From the IMG/VR virus record IMGVR_UViG_3300042892_000699: a DNA stretch of 64,000 nucleotides. One strand, written 5' to 3'. The notes beneath the pieces are model-generated. The model ran no database searches and had not been told where the DNA came from. It was given only the letters and a program-made list of their open reading frames with translations. Positions within the stretch are counted from its first letter, which is position 1. Each line of letters begins with the position of its first letter. Positions 1-8,548 of this stretch are shown here, piece after piece. The stretch is from a virus. Taxonomy: Duplodnaviria > Caudoviricetes. Both the position numbers and the translations under genes were made by a program.

Positions 1-1
1 A

Positions 2-2209
2 ACCTTTGGTCAGGGTTTCCAAGCCATGATCATAATCAAGTTTAACAGTTCAGGTGTTAAACAATGGACTCGTAAGTTAATAGGTCCCTGTGCAGATTTT
101 GCTGCCAGTATTGTAGTTGGTCCAGACGACTACCTATACCTATCAGGAATAACCGTCGCTGCCAACGAAGAAAACAATGAAACTACTAAAATGGTCCTTG
201 CCAAGTATAACACGGACGGTGGAGTGGAATGGCAAAGATTGCTGACCAATACAACCGAGTCGATGTTTGCCGGTGACTTTTTTGTCCAACTGGGCGGCGG
301 CAGCAATCTAGCAGTGAGGAATGGCTATGTAGCAGTGGGCGGTGGATTTGGAGACATAGAAAATTTCCCCGAAATTCAACCTAACGCTCTTGTAGCACAG
401 GTTGACAGTGCTGGAACAATATTCGCAGTGGGCAACTATGAATTTACTCCTTCTGGATTCAGCGGAACATTAGACGCCGACGCCAGCGATATCACAGTGG
501 TTGACGCTGCCAAAACAGACAGTGACTACATCAACGAGTTTACCATAACTGATTTTGATCCAGAATATGATCTTACCAGTGACCTAATTGGTACGCTATA
601 CTACGGTAATGTTGGTGGTGACGACAGATTGACCAACGGTGCTAACGAACTAGTGTTAGAAGCCAACGGTGCATTAACATTACCACAAGGCGGTACAATC
701 ACCGAAGGGTTCGTTACCAGCAATCCAACTATTCAACTTACACCAGCAACGCCAGATGTGGCTAGCCAGAAGTTGGTGATCAAAGGTGGTGGCACATTTT
801 CAACTACAGAAAACGGTATTACGGTAGTTGTCCCCAGCAACACTTGGACAGAGGGTAATGTAGACTATGTGTATGTAGAAGCACCGACCAGAGGTGGACA
901 AACACTCTACTGGTGGATCTATCCAGAGGATGCTGGCCTATCTACTCCTAGTACAGGCACAGTTGTATTAGATGAATTTGGTGAAGGCAATTTTACTTTT
1001 ACCTTGACCAGTGATGCTTATGAATTTAGAGTTCGGGTATCGCCCGAAGAGGATAACTACGATCCTGCGAATGTGGGTGTTCAATCAGTACTGATTAACA
1101 GTGGCTCTCCTACTTTCGAAGGCGATCATCACCTACACTTGACCACAGGTGATTTAACAGAGACCAGTATCTTCTTGGGCACCGACGATCACAATGTTCG
1201 TACTACCACTGACGGTAAGATACAAATTACCACACCTAACGATGTTAATAATGTTTGGGAGTTTGGCACAGATGGGGTACTAACATTCCCAAGTGGTAAT
1301 TTAAGCATTGGTAACGCATTAGGTAGTGACGCTATTGTAGGGAATACTGATGCTATCGTGGGCGTTCTTGCTCAAGGACAGTACGGAACAGTTGGCATAC
1401 AATGGATAGACAACATTGAAAATATAGGTTCAACCAGCACACAAACACAAGTCGCGGGTGTAGTAGTTAACGGCCCACTAGGGTCAACTACTGGCACCGT
1501 TCAAATAGTAACAGGCTTTGTTAATACAGCAACAACAGCAACATTCGCCGAACACACTTGGGAATTTGGTGTAGATGGTGCGCTAACATTGCCTAACGGT
1601 GGACATATTGGTCCGAGTGGCGGTAAAGGCCAAGGTACTACTTATGGCGCCGCAAATGACCATTTAGTAAGTTTAACCAGTTATTATAATAGTGGTCTAT
1701 ATTCCAGTTGTGTTACTGCTTACGCTGATGGTACATTAAACATCACTGCTTATAATGATGGTGGCCCAAATCCGGCTAAAATCTGGACATTTGACAATAC
1801 TGGTACTCTGACATTCCCAGATAACACAGTTCAGACAACAGCGTATAAATCAACATCGGGTAGTTGGACTTTGGCCACAGGTTCTAACACAGTAAGTATC
1901 ACCGTACCTTTAAATGGCAACTATCAAATGTGGGTTAATGGAAATGTTCCAAACGGCATTGTTGAATGGAATGCCACAGTAAATGTTTCAAACCCGAATG
2001 TGCCGGCAATAGGAAGCCAATATGCGTGGTATTATGCCGCAGGAAATGCGTTGGTGCTGACTGCTATACCCGATCAAATTATTGGAACAGTAGGCGTTAT
2101 CAGCACATCTAGTAGTTACGTTGGAAATACTGCTAATGTGTTCACCTTCGGTATTACTAATAACAGCACATCAAGTCAAGTGATTAACTGGGGTTATACA
2201 ACTCTTTGA
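2..2209 (+). CDS. Tail fibre / receptor-binding-like structural protein (5'-truncated by window edge)
   Basis: Frame is open from base 2, so the true start lies upstream. N-terminal propeller-type repeats (KFNSSGVKQWTR, KYNTDGGVEWQR) parallel those of the next large ORF. Repeated W(E/T)FGxDGxLTxP motifs; Thr/Gly/Asn-rich. Confidence 0.6.
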   Translation, partial: TFGQGFQAMIIIKFNSSGVKQWTRKLIGPCADFAASIVVGPDDYLYLSGITVAANEENNETTKMVLAKYNTDGGVEWQRLLTNTTESMFAGDFFVQLGGGSNLAVRNGYVAVGGGFGDIENFPEIQPNALVAQVDSAGTIFAVGNYEFTPSGFSGTLDADASDITVVDAAKTDSDYINEFTITDFDPEYDLTSDLIGTLYYGNVGGDDRLTNGANELVLEANGALTLPQGGTITEGFVTSNPTIQLTPATPDVASQKLVIKGGGTFSTTENGITVVVPSNTWTEGNVDYVYVEAPTRGGQTLYWWIYPEDAGLSTPSTGTVVLDEFGEGNFTFTLTSDAYEFRVRVSPEEDNYDPANVGVQSVLINSGSPTFEGDHHLHLTTGDLTETSIFLGTDDHNVRTTTDGKIQITTPNDVNNVWEFGTDGVLTFPSGNLSIGNALGSDAIVGNTDAIVGVLAQGQYGTVGIQWIDNIENIGSTSTQTQVAGVVVNGPLGSTTGTVQIVTGFVNTATTATFAEHTWEFGVDGALTLPNGGHIGPSGGKGQGTTYGAANDHLVSLTSYYNSGLYSSCVTAYADGTLNITAYNDGGPNPAKIWTFDNTGTLTFPDNTVQTTAYKSTSGSWTLATGSNTVSITVPLNGNYQMWVNGNVPNGIVEWNATVNVSNPNVPAIGSQYAWYYAAGNALVLTAIPDQIIGTVGVISTSSSYVGNTANVFTFGITNNSTSSQVINWGYTTL

Positions 2210-2239
2210 TATATCAATAAATATGAATAGGACACTATA

Positions 2240-2452
2240 ATGGCAATAACATTTCCAACAGAGCCCACACTAGGGCAAGAATTCGTAGGTGACAACTCTG
2301 TGACCTATCAATGGACCGGCAGCATTTGGAGCACCTTAGTTCCTTGGCTAGCAGGTAGAGCACAGTATGTAGCAGAGGGCGGGTTTGCGGATCAAACCTA
2401 CAACGATAACTTAGACAACACCATCGACGGTGGCAACGGAGCAAAACAATGA
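2240..2452 (+). CDS. Small virion structural protein (FPxxPxxGQ-type N-terminus)
   Basis: AGGA SD and upstream TAAATA. MAITFPTEPTLGQ...YQWTGSIW motif typical of phage fibre-associated proteins. Overlaps the next gene by ATGA. Confidence 0.55.
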   Translation: MAITFPTEPTLGQEFVGDNSVTYQWTGSIWSTLVPWLAGRAQYVAEGGFADQTYNDNLDNTIDGGNGAKQ

Positions 2453-5400
2453 CAACAAGAATCAAACTACGCCGTGACATCGCGGCCAACTGGACACAAA
2501 ATAATCCTGTACTGGCCGAGGGTGAACCAGGACTAGAATTAGACACTGGTAAGATCAAGTATGGTAATGGTACCACTCCTTGGAACAGTTTAGACTATAG
2601 TGGAGCCGGAGCCGCAAGTCTCACAGACGAAGGCAATGTTGTGATCACAGCAGGCTCAACAGAGCACTGGATTGCCACACAGCGTAAAGAACAGGGAGAT
2701 ACTACTCCTAGTGCTCTGCGTTATGACAGCCAAGGTAACCTGTACTCATTGACCAGAACCCATGACGACAGCGCCGATTACGGTGTCACAGTTATTACCA
2801 AATACACAGCGGCAGGCAACATAGCCTGGCAAAAAACATTTAGTGATACTTATCCAATGGCCCTAGCAGTGGACAGTTCGGATCGTGCTTACATTACTAT
2901 GGGCGATGGTAATGAACCAGTAGTCACAGTGATCAAGTTTGATATCATAGGTGATATACTGTGGAAAAAATACTACGACATCGGTGAGGTTCCAGCATAC
3001 GGTGCTTACATTGAAGAAAAGAGCACTACCACATTGGCCTTGGCGATTATGATCACCAGCGGCGGCCCCGACCCTACCACGGTGTTGGTACTGGAAATCA
3101 GTGCTGCCAGTGGTTCAGTGCTGTTGAAAAAATCCTTACAACAACCCGGCGATGATTTGGTGGTGGTCACAGGCATTGATGTTGACCCTGATGAGAATGT
3201 GTTTGTCACTGGTTTTTACTATGATGATAACGATGAAGTGAACAAGATGTTCATTGAAAAACTAGACGAAGACCTAGAGCCTGTATGGACTAAGAGTCTA
3301 GAAGCACCTGACAACTATGATATGTACGGTGGCGACTGTGCGAGTGACGCACTGGGCAATATCTACGCAGTGGGTACCTATAATGTTGAAACTACCAACA
3401 GTAATATGAGTGATAGTAACTTTGACGATCAGAGCGCAGGCATATTGACAAAGTTAAATTCTAGTGGTGTAGTAATGTGGACACGCAGACTTGGACCAGG
3501 ACCTTGCGGCAGTTGGATTGCGGGATTGACAGCCACAGCCACAGGCGATGTTTATCTATCATCCTTGACATTTGCCAATAAAACAGGTGTTCTACCTAGA
3601 GAGGTTTATGAAAACGAACGAGAAAATCTTGGACAGAACAAGATGATTGTGGTTCGCTATGACTCACAGGGAGAGGTGATTTGGCAACGCTATGTTGATG
3701 TGGCCAACCTTTACGAAGAGGAACCCGATGGTCCAGACGTTATGCGCGGTCAGGCCATAGCAGTATTTGATGACAAGTTTGCGGTAGATGGATACGGCTA
3801 CAGTTGGAATACCACACCGTTTCGAAATGGTAGTACAGCAGACGAGGAATACGATTACTTTGTGACACAGTTGCCCACAGAAGGCACAACATTGACCATC
3901 GGCAATCTAGGATTTACAGAAAGCCGTGTGCCAGCCCGCTTTGTGACTCACACCACTAGCGACAGTCCTTTGACTCACGCAAATTGGGAAGAAACTGTTA
4001 CAGCAGAAACTTCTACACTGGTAGCAGACACTGATATTAAAATAGCCAACAGCCTAGTACAGAGCGAAACTTACGAGTATACATTTGGTGCTGATGGTAC
4101 ACTGACAATCCCTAACGATGGCGATCTTAAACTAACACAAACACAGGTTGGTTGGCTTTTTGCCCTAGACGCCCGTGAGGGTGGCGACGACATTGAAGGC
4201 GATTGTATCGCAGTTGACTCACAGGGCAACAGTTACATAGCAGGTGAGGAGGATGACAATGACCGCACATTTGTAATGAAGGTCAGTCCTGAAGGCGATA
4301 GACTGTGGAGTATGAACATTGACGAAACTGAAGGCGATAATGATGGTTATACAACTAGCCTCAAAATTCATCCTGTCACAGGCAATATTATGGTGCTGGG
4401 TGGAATTTACGACACTTACACCTACGGCGTGTTGTACACTATAGATCAAGATACCGGTCGTCTTTTAAATGTTACAGAATTCAAAGACAGTGACGCTGAT
4501 GTTAATCTACACACCATTGCCTATACCAACACAGGAGACTATGTGATAGGTGGTAGCAAGAACGGCGAGTTCAGTGACGAGTTTCCTGTAGTTCCGCAAA
4601 CAGGCAGCGGCACTGGTACTATTGTAATTTTAAGAAGTGCTGTTCCTGTTGACAACATCAGTACTAATTGGCAGATTGGCGGAACTGGTATTTCACCGTT
4701 TCAAAGCATTCTCTATGCGGAACGCTACACAGGATTGACTGGCACAGTGCGTCAAGGTTCGGGTGCTACATTCAACATCACTAACAACGGTGATACAACT
4801 TATAGTGTTGCGGCCTACGACCGAGGCACTGACTATCTTGTAGGACACAAGATCAAGATTCTTGGTACAAGTTTAACTGGTGGAGCAACACCGGACAACG
4901 ACATCATTCTCACAGTGGCTACTAATCACCCTATAAACGGTATGACAGTGACCCATACAGGAACAGCCCCCGGAACCACAGTGGCAACTGATAATGAAGT
5001 ATCGGGCACTAACTACGAAGTAGGTTCTGGATTGACATTTGATTTTGAAGGTCCTAGAGATACTAACGACTACAGTAATTTCTGGGATGATACTATCACC
5101 AGCGGTGGCTCAAACTATGTCCAAGGCGACGTTATTACTGTTTTAGGTACAAGTCTGGGTGGTGCCAGCACAGCCAATGATTTAACAGCAACAGTGACCG
5201 GCCTAAATGTCAATGCTGTGACAGGATTAGAGTTTTCAGGCACAGCACAAAGCACAACTTGGAAGATAGAAACAACCGCACAGGTTAATTTTGCCGGCAC
5301 AGGTAGTTGGAGCATTACCTATTCGAGACAAAATGAATGTCTACTGGTTACTCCTAGTTGGCAGCGTACATTTGGCACAGGTACAGACAGTGATGATGAC

Positions 5401-6630
5401 ATAATTGCGCTAACAATAGACAGTGAAGACAACATTATTGCGACGGGCAATGGACGTGGTGAATTGGCAGCGGACGATTTTTACGATCTAGCCGTGGTCT
5501 ACAAGTTCAACAGCACAGGTACATTACAATGGGCTCGCCAACTCAATGCTGATAATGACGATGCTTACGGAGACAGCGTGATAACCATAGGCACAGACAT
5601 CTATGTTGTACACGATGCCGACGGCGGTAATGCTTATGTCAGCAAGTTAGACAGCACGGGCACAGTCAAATGGCAAAGACTCATTGAAGGCGATGACATA
5701 ACTATTGCCCGCACACCAGACGGACATCTATTGGTGGCCACTGAAGACGAGGTCAATGATGTTGACGACGATGTTATTAAAATATTCCTACTAACACCCA
5801 CAGGGGAAACTGTGTGGAAGCGTTGGCTGTCTGCTATTACCAACGACGACACTTGGCTCGGCAGCACCGGCGAATGTTTAGTCACAGACTCCAACAGTTT
5901 TTATATCACAGGACGCTTTGAGACCTACAATCAAGAACTTGACGAGAGTGGTGATGATTGGGCGTGGGCTGCTCGATTGCCTCTAGATGGCACGGGCACA
6001 GGTGAGTATGGACAGTTCCGCTACACAGATGTTAATACAGAGACCAACGATCTCAGCAATTTCAACTATAGTATCGATGTTGTTGATATAGACGATGCGA
6101 ATAACTATGCTGGCGCATTGGCCAACAACAGTGATCCAGTGGTCAGCACTTCGACCGCGGTGACTGTGATTGCTAACAATATCAGCGACTATGAAGTTGA
6201 CGGCTACTATCCACCAATGATTTTAGAAACTGTGCGTGACACAGACGGGGGCAATATTGTGTTCCCCGACGGTAGCAAGCAGAATACTTCAGCCACAGAC
6301 ATTCCACAGAGACTGTTCAATGGTGTAGATTACACCCTGGGTATGGAAGATCGTGGACATCACATTCTCTGTACTGACGACATTGAAAGCATTCGTATTC
6401 CCTACAATGCTCGTGTGGAGTTCCCAATAGGCACAGTGATTACCATTGTGAATCCTCGAGGTGATAGTGTGGTCATCAACACAGAAGGCAGCAGTATACA
6501 AGTGATGATCCCCGGTGATGATAATTACTCAAACGGTGGCACTTTCCTAGTGTCTGAGTACGGTATGGCCACGCTGTTAAAGATTGGCACGGACTCGTGG
6601 GTGTTGGCTGGCAATGTTGGCGCAGATTAA
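2449..6630 (+). CDS. Large tail fibre protein: Mtd_N/hyaluronidase-type N-terminal anchor plus beta-propeller repeats
   Basis: N-terminus RIKLRRDIAANWTQNNPVLAEGEPGLELDTGKIKYGNG matches the Mtd N-terminal motif. Many (K/R)(F/Y/L)xxxGxxxW(Q/T)R propeller blades. C-terminal IPYNARVEFPIGTVITIV fibre-tip motif. Confidence 0.7.
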   Translation: MTTRIKLRRDIAANWTQNNPVLAEGEPGLELDTGKIKYGNGTTPWNSLDYSGAGAASLTDEGNVVITAGSTEHWIATQRKEQGDTTPSALRYDSQGNLYSLTRTHDDSADYGVTVITKYTAAGNIAWQKTFSDTYPMALAVDSSDRAYITMGDGNEPVVTVIKFDIIGDILWKKYYDIGEVPAYGAYIEEKSTTTLALAIMITSGGPDPTTVLVLEISAASGSVLLKKSLQQPGDDLVVVTGIDVDPDENVFVTGFYYDDNDEVNKMFIEKLDEDLEPVWTKSLEAPDNYDMYGGDCASDALGNIYAVGTYNVETTNSNMSDSNFDDQSAGILTKLNSSGVVMWTRRLGPGPCGSWIAGLTATATGDVYLSSLTFANKTGVLPREVYENERENLGQNKMIVVRYDSQGEVIWQRYVDVANLYEEEPDGPDVMRGQAIAVFDDKFAVDGYGYSWNTTPFRNGSTADEEYDYFVTQLPTEGTTLTIGNLGFTESRVPARFVTHTTSDSPLTHANWEETVTAETSTLVADTDIKIANSLVQSETYEYTFGADGTLTIPNDGDLKLTQTQVGWLFALDAREGGDDIEGDCIAVDSQGNSYIAGEEDDNDRTFVMKVSPEGDRLWSMNIDETEGDNDGYTTSLKIHPVTGNIMVLGGIYDTYTYGVLYTIDQDTGRLLNVTEFKDSDADVNLHTIAYTNTGDYVIGGSKNGEFSDEFPVVPQTGSGTGTIVILRSAVPVDNISTNWQIGGTGISPFQSILYAERYTGLTGTVRQGSGATFNITNNGDTTYSVAAYDRGTDYLVGHKIKILGTSLTGGATPDNDIILTVATNHPINGMTVTHTGTAPGTTVATDNEVSGTNYEVGSGLTFDFEGPRDTNDYSNFWDDTITSGGSNYVQGDVITVLGTSLGGASTANDLTATVTGLNVNAVTGLEFSGTAQSTTWKIETTAQVNFAGTGSWSITYSRQNECLLVTPSWQRTFGTGTDSDDDIIALTIDSEDNIIATGNGRGELAADDFYDLAVVYKFNSTGTLQWARQLNADNDDAYGDSVITIGTDIYVVHDADGGNAYVSKLDSTGTVKWQRLIEGDDITIARTPDGHLLVATEDEVNDVDDDVIKIFLLTPTGETVWKRWLSAITNDDTWLGSTGECLVTDSNSFYITGRFETYNQELDESGDDWAWAARLPLDGTGTGEYGQFRYTDVNTETNDLSNFNYSIDVVDIDDANNYAGALANNSDPVVSTSTAVTVIANNISDYEVDGYYPPMILETVRDTDGGNIVFPDGSKQNTSATDIPQRLFNGVDYTLGMEDRGHHILCTDDIESIRIPYNARVEFPIGTVITIVNPRGDSVVINTEGSSIQVMIPGDDNYSNGGTFLVSEYGMATLLKIGTDSWVLAGNVGAD

Positions 6631-6639
6631 GGAACTGAG

Positions 6640-7020
6640 ATGCCCATATCACAAATATTACTAACAGCAGGCAGTGGCGGAAGTCCTGCTCCTGCTATCA
6701 ACATCTACGGTTGGGTATCGTCGATGAATGAAGGATCAACCAATACCGTAACTGTGGGCTACGAAGACTATCCGCCAACTACTATATATTGGCAGATTGT
6801 AAATGATGGCACAGCAAACGCTGACTGGCTCAATGGAACGATCCCCAGTGGCTCTATTGAGATAAGCGGCACCAATACTGATACATTTAGTTGGACCACC
6901 GCAGAGGATCTCACCACTGAAGGCAACCAAAATTATCTGTTACAAGTAGGCACGACTTTGGGCGGCAACAATTTACTCAATGAGACATTGACTATTACTG
7001 ACACAAGTATAGCTGTGTAG
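6640..7020 (+). CDS. Ig/Calx-beta-like small structural protein
   Basis: AGGA SD; SMNEGST...TTAEDLTTEG...TLTITDTS resembles the Calx-beta pattern. Confidence 0.45.
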   Translation: MPISQILLTAGSGGSPAPAINIYGWVSSMNEGSTNTVTVGYEDYPPTTIYWQIVNDGTANADWLNGTIPSGSIEISGTNTDTFSWTTAEDLTTEGNQNYLLQVGTTLGGNNLLNETLTITDTSIAV

Positions 7021-7024
7021 TAGG

Positions 7025-7459
7025 ATGAGCCAGCATAGACTAGACTTACCCCAAGGGCTGGCAGAACTGATACAACATCAGCGTGGACTGGACTACAGAC
7101 GCAGATACGGCGCAGGCTGGCAGAGTATAGGTTATACTGGTCAGCCTTTTCCATGGTTTGACGCTGTATATAGAGCAGTTGAAGCTGAAGCAGGTAGTAT
7201 AGACACTTGGTGGTTTAATGTTAATCTACAGGGCGAAGGCACGGGTTGGCACACGCACAGTCAGTGGGCACGAGTAGGTGTGCTGTATGTACAGGTACCT
7301 GCGGGTCTTATAGAGTTCAAGAAGGGTGAAGCATATTGGACAGAAACGCCTCAAGCAGGAGATTTACTAGTTTTTCCCGGTAATTTAGAGCATAGAGTAA
7401 GGTCTAATACAAGTGAGCAGGTTAGAATAAGTATAGCGTTCAACTTTAAAAGACGTTAA
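7025..7459 (+). CDS. 2OG-Fe(II) oxygenase family protein
   Basis: WFNVN...HTHS...GVLYV...GDLLVFPGNLEHRV...RISIAFN jelly-roll motifs. Confidence 0.75.
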   Translation: MSQHRLDLPQGLAELIQHQRGLDYRRRYGAGWQSIGYTGQPFPWFDAVYRAVEAEAGSIDTWWFNVNLQGEGTGWHTHSQWARVGVLYVQVPAGLIEFKKGEAYWTETPQAGDLLVFPGNLEHRVRSNTSEQVRISIAFNFKRR

Positions 7460-7463
7460 ATAC

Positions 7464-8171
7464 ATGATGACAATAATTTTAATGACCCTACTAATGACAC
7501 ACTTGACTATAGTGTCAGTTACACTATATCTACATCGCAGTCAAAGTCATAGAGGTGTTGAATTTCATCCTGTATTAGCACACGCAATGCGTTTTTGGTT
7601 GTGGTTGACTACAGGTATGACTACCAAGCAATGGGTAGCAGTACATCGTAAGCATCATCAGAACACCGATGTCGAAGGTGATCCACACAGCCCACACGTA
7701 TACGGCATATGGAATTTAGTTTTTGGTGGCGTAAAGTATTACAATCGTGCAGGCAGTGATGCTGACATGGTTATGAAATACGGAATGGGTACTCCAAAAG
7801 ATTGGATTGAACGTAAACTTTATACACCCCATCACCGATTGGGTATTCTCGTAATGTTGGTTATAGACGTGTTGTTATTTGGTTGGTGGGGATTCTTAGT
7901 ATGGGGTGTACAGATGTTGTGGATACCTTTTTTTGCAGCAGGTGTAATAAACGGACTAGCACATTGGTGGGGATATCGCAATACTGACACTAAAGATAAG
8001 AGTAAAAATTTAATGCCATGGGGCATATGGATCGGCGGTGAGGAATTGCACAATAATCACCATGCAGATATCGCAAATCCTAAGTTTAGTCAGAAGTGGT
8101 GGGAATTTGACATAGGTTGGATGTACATTAAAGGGCTAGAGTTTTTGGGTTTAGCCAAGTTAAAAGGGTAA
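7464..8171 (+). CDS. Membrane fatty-acid (delta-9 type) desaturase, auxiliary metabolic gene
   Basis: Three His boxes (HRSQSH, HRKHH, HNNHH), DPHSP and WWEFDIGW motifs, hydrophobic segments. Confidence 0.9.
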   Translation: MMTIILMTLLMTHLTIVSVTLYLHRSQSHRGVEFHPVLAHAMRFWLWLTTGMTTKQWVAVHRKHHQNTDVEGDPHSPHVYGIWNLVFGGVKYYNRAGSDADMVMKYGMGTPKDWIERKLYTPHHRLGILVMLVIDVLLFGWWGFLVWGVQMLWIPFFAAGVINGLAHWWGYRNTDTKDKSKNLMPWGIWIGGEELHNNHHADIANPKFSQKWWEFDIGWMYIKGLEFLGLAKLKG

Positions 8172-8181
8172 ATATTAGATT

Positions 8182-8544
8182 ATGAAACTAGTAGAATTCT
8201 TCGGTAGGTCTATGGACCTCAACACTAACAAAAGAAAAGATCAAACTGATGAAAAATTTGACGATGATCTTTTCTGGTACATCGTTGACCACGATAAACT
8301 GCACAAAGACTACTTCTTTCCTATTGCTAAAAAACTTAAAACTCTAAAAGAGTGTGGCCCAGAAATGGTGCTGGAATTGTTTATGCCCATGGTGGAAAAA
8401 GGTTGCAAAGAATATTACGAGTACAAGGAAATGAAGGGCAAGTTAGGCAAAGTATTTCCCAAAGACCTACGTGAAGAAATGTGCAAGAGACTATACGATC
8501 ACTATCGTGAAGATATTAAAAAAGACAAATACAATCTAGGATAA
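8182..8544 (+). CDS. Hypothetical protein, possibly head-associated
   Basis: Clean ORF directly after a TAAATA motif; N-terminus MKLVEFF resembles a capsid-targeting leader. Confidence 0.5.
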   Translation: MKLVEFFGRSMDLNTNKRKDQTDEKFDDDLFWYIVDHDKLHKDYFFPIAKKLKTLKECGPEMVLELFMPMVEKGCKEYYEYKEMKGKLGKVFPKDLREEMCKRLYDHYREDIKKDKYNLG

Positions 8545-8548
8545 TTTA

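Noticed and set aside
2449-6630. Diversity-generating retroelement target (Mtd-like N-terminus)
   Set aside because: Only the N-terminal anchor resembles Mtd. No reverse transcriptase, no template/variable repeat pair and no C-type lectin tip were seen in the window.
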